Shown: piece by piece, positions 60,900 through 64,000 of the stretch
How positions within the stretch are numbered: position 1 is the stretch's first letter
Layout: each line of letters begins with the position of its first letter
NCBI RefSeq assembly: GCF_036365525.1
Contig: NC_090372.1
Location: forward strand, 17,013,630 to 17,077,629
Origin: Heterodontus francisci
Lineage: Eukaryota
Direction of reading: 5' to 3'
Length of the DNA stretch: 64,000 nt
Translations under genes and position numbers: made by a program
The notes under the pieces: generated by a model
Database searches by the model: none
The model's input: only the letters and a program-made list of their open reading frames with translations
What the model was told of the DNA's origin: nothing

Positions 60900-62513
60900 T
60901 GATGCAAGGCCTCCCCCTTTCACCGTGCAAGATTGTGCAGAGCACAGCAGACCACCACAATATACGCGAGACCCTCACTGGGGCCTACTGCAGGGCTCCA
61001 CAGGATCGATCCAGGCACTAGAATCTCATCCTCAGCAGCCCAATGGCCTGCTCGATGGTCGCTCAGGTGGAGCTGTGGTAGGTGTTGTACCTCTCCTCTG
61101 TTGCATTGCGAGGGTTCCTCACTGGCGTGAGTAGCCATGTCTTCATGGGTAGCCCTTGTCTCTGAGAATCCTTCTCTAAAGGCGAATGAGGGGGCCGGAA
61201 AAGCTATGACACCTTGGACTGCCCAAGTTTGTCGGCATCGTGGCTGCCGGAAGCAGGCACACACCTGCAGGAAATGCTTTTGGTGGTCGCAGATCGGTTG
61301 AACATTGATGGAATGAGAGCCCTTCCTGTTGATGAAGGTGACTGGATGCTGTGTGGGAGCCTTGATGGTGGCATGTGTACAATCTATCACACCTTGCACC
61401 TGGGGGAATCTATCAATGGCCCCGAAGCCCATGGCCTTCTCAGCCTGACTGTTAGGGTCGGTCTGGTACCGCACATAGTCGCCGTCTCCCTTGAACAGGG
61501 CATTGGACATCTCCTTGATGCAGTGGTGGGCTGCGGCCTGGGAGACCCCACACATGTCCTCAGTGGATCCCTGGAAAGAGCCGGAGATGTAAAAGTTGAA
61601 TGCCACAGTGATCTTCAGGCCACCAAAGCCCAGGGGTCGCAGCTCATCCTGCGGCATTGCAAATAAATCAGTGGCTGCTTCCCTGGAGAGTTGCAGTCTT
61701 CGCTGGCACTGTCGCTCGGACATTTGGAGGCAGCTGAGGCAAGTCCAGTACACTCTCTGGCGTGCATAGGCCCTTCTTGGCACGGCCATCTGCTGTGGCT
61801 CCCCCAGTCAATCTTCACCAGCTTGCCCAGTCGCCACCAGAAGCTGTCTCCCTCTGAGTCTCTGCTGCACAGTGTGGGGATCTGCAAAGATTGGGTGAAT
61901 GAGACCCATGCCAGCTGGTTGCACCCCCTCCCTTGCAGTCCCTCGACAAAGGACCTTGCCTTTGTAAATGTTCCCCTGCCCACTCCCCTCTGAACACAGG
62001 CTAATGCCCCTCAGCACCCACCCTTGCAGAGAACCCAGCACCCGAGATGAAGCCCACTCTTGTCTGGAGGGCTGCATCGCTTTTGGACAATGGCCGCTGC
62101 ACCCGCCACCCCCCCCCCCCCCCACTCCCCTTCCCGTATTCAATGCTCCACATGGCTGCCTTCCCGTGGCGTCAATGAGGCCTTGATGCTGCCACCTTTA
62201 AACGTCCGGGGATCTGAAGGAATGTGATCCCCGTGTGCCATTCACTAAATTGGAAACCCCTCCGATAAAATCCGAGTCAGGCCGATGCAAATACATGCTA
62301 AATACTTGTTCAGCAATTGTAATTGCAGTCCTGTCGCATCTTGGCAGCAACAACAACTCGGACCTTTCCCACCGCTGACAAAATCCAGAACTGGCATCAC
62401 GACATCGAGTTTCCGGATGAATGCATCCCTCATTTTTTGCCCCCCCCCCCCCCCCAATCCCCATCCCCCCATGTCTCCACTCCCGCTCCTAATGGCTGGA
62501 TAAAATTCAGCCC
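60900..62513 (-). mobile_element. Decayed PIF/Harbinger transposon with one intact TIR
   Basis: TIR GGGCTGAATTTTA at 62513-62501 (outer flank TAG) upstream of the transposase pseudogene; the other end is not recognisable. Confidence 0.8.
60920..61789 (-). pseudogene. Harbinger (HARBI1-like, DDE_Tnp_4) transposase pseudogene
   Basis: FYISGSFQ, GVSQ, FPQVQGVIDCTH, FINRKGSHSINVQ and CCALHNLA motifs; frameshift after VCACF leaves the (G)DKGYP motif (61160-61146) in another frame. Confidence 0.88.
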
Positions 62514-62529
62514 TAGAATTCCCTCCCTG

Positions 62530-62695
62530 AACCACACTGTCTTTCTCTTGTCTCTTTAAAATCCTCCTTAAATCTTTACCAAGGTCACTCTATCCTAATC
62601 TCTCCTTTGGGGCAGTGTTTTTCTCTGTGCCTCTGTAAGGCGTCTTGGGGTGTTTTCCCACATTAAAAACGGTGTGTAAATCCAAGTTTTGTTGC
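62530..62695 (+). mobile_element. L2 LINE 3' end remnant
   Basis: AAAATCCTCCTTAAA...CTGTAAGGCGTCTTGGG...TAAATCCAAGTTTTGTTG, an L2-type tail shared with the Deu-type SINE ends. Confidence 0.5.
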
Positions 62696-63199
62696 TTTCC
62701 CTAATTGTGCGGAGAAGGTAGTTGTGGGGCTTCATCTTGGAGCAATCGGTTTTGGAAATGAAATGGCTGGCTAAACCAGCTCAGAAAAGAATTAAAAGTT
62801 ACTGGCTGTACCCTTCCCTGACTCTCTCCCTCCCTACCTGGTACTGTTACACAGGTCACAAGAGGTTTCCTGTGCAAGATGCAACAGCTCCAGGCAGAGG
62901 GCGAGGCTGAGCCACGCACGGCGCTGATTTTCATCCGTAACCAGACAAGCCATTTGAAAATGCTGAGTGCCCCATATACAATGGGGACAGCTTGGGGATG
63001 CTCTGCCAACGCCACTGGGCGCCGGTTAACATCAGGAATGAGAAAGGTGGAGGAGACAGCAACTTGGACAGAGGAGAGCATCATTCACTCTAGTTGTGTG
63101 CACAGTTCAGCTCATACAGGGTTAAAGGAAGAACTTTGCAGAGAGTTGACCTTCCACCTGATCCCTCCCACATTACATATTGTCATGTGCTGTGGCCGC

Positions 63200-63540
63200 A
63201 ACTCCCTGTCAGCTGATTGGACTCAATAAAGCGGGGGAGGCAGGCAGCAGATGCACTGCTTGTCGTGCTGTCAGTCATCTGGTAGTGAGTATGCCTGCCG
63301 TCTGCCGGTACTGGTACTGCGCTAGCGCTTTGCTCTCTCTAATTACAGCAGTGTTATATGAGCCGGAGTACTGCGGGCAGCAGCCGCTGCGCTGCTATTC
63401 GGGTGGGTCTGCGGTTGCAGAAATACGTGGGTGTATTTACATAGCGGGGGTTAGCCATCCATTACAAAGACAGTTGTACTATTCTTTTCCCGTTTACGTC
63501 GCCATGCTAGTAAGCCTCTGTTTTGGAACGCTGTAGATGC
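63200..63540 (+). promoter_or_regulatory. Possible promoter/non-coding first exon of a divergent gene
   Basis: Inverted CCAAT (ATTGG, 63216-63220), GCGGGGGAGG box, GTGAGT donor at 63285 and a CpG-rich tract downstream. No coding exon identified in the window. Confidence 0.4.
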
Positions 63541-64000
63541 GAGAGTGAGGTGTGTCCAACAATTTAAGTTTGCTACTGTTCTCTTAAATTTGATACAATG
63601 TGAGTGTCATTCCTGGAACTGCATGCGTCAAAAGATCAATAAATTAAACTATTCAGAAATGTATTGCCAACAAGGATCACATGGGGTTTATTTATTACAG
63701 CTCTGTTTCTAGATTTTTTTTTTTGAGAAATAGAATTTGAATTCTGGTGGGATTTCTCTGGATTGTTAGTCCAGGAACCGAACCACTAACATAGCTACGA
63801 CAGTTTTAAAAAAAAAAACTTTACTGTATGAGGTTACTGGCCTAGTTATTTTTCTGACTGCTTCAAGGGGAGTCTCCTTTCCTCACTGGAGCGAGAAGGA
63901 GCCCTGTCTGGTTTTTCTTATTCATTCTATGCAGTGATCTGTCTACCTCCATCATCCATGATGATTGATTTAAAGAAAAAATCCTGAACACGTTTGACGC

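Noticed and set aside
60920-61789. Domesticated HARBI1 host gene
   Set aside because: Frameshifted through the catalytic region and linked to a TIR, so it is a transposon relic.

Overview
Eukaryotic, repeat-rich DNA from a cartilaginous fish, most likely a shark, judged from HE1-like V-SINEs, SacSINE1/Deu-like SINEs, CR1, RTE and Penelope repeats. Three spliced host genes lie on the minus strand. (1) The 5' end of CLPTM1L: coding exons 5069-5239 and 76-176, a CRE/ETS CpG promoter near 5450-5550, and a ~2.9 kb C-rich minisatellite directly upstream. (2) An uncharacterised two-exon gene (18904-18944 + 12030-14064, 691 aa) that the ORF track shows only in part. It starts with an EEGEI motif, has an RG/FG/RS-rich disordered region and two EDW(D/E)AE motifs resembling the Vasa/DDX4 N-terminus. 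(3) A MARVELD3-like tight-junction gene with two shared coding exons (48535-48737, 46634-46815) and two alternative terminal MARVEL exons (34897-35594, 21364-22055). A possible + strand promoter/first exon lies near 63200. Mobile elements include a decayed PIF/Harbinger transposase sharing its terminal inverted repeat (TIR) with at least five MITEs, hAT MITEs, a solo LTR with a 5-bp target-site duplication (TSD), a young 5'-truncated CR1, and Penelope-derived inverted repeats with decayed minimal hammerhead motifs. No CRISPR array, rRNA or free-standing tRNA was found. Homology calls rest on remembered protein sequences, not database searches.
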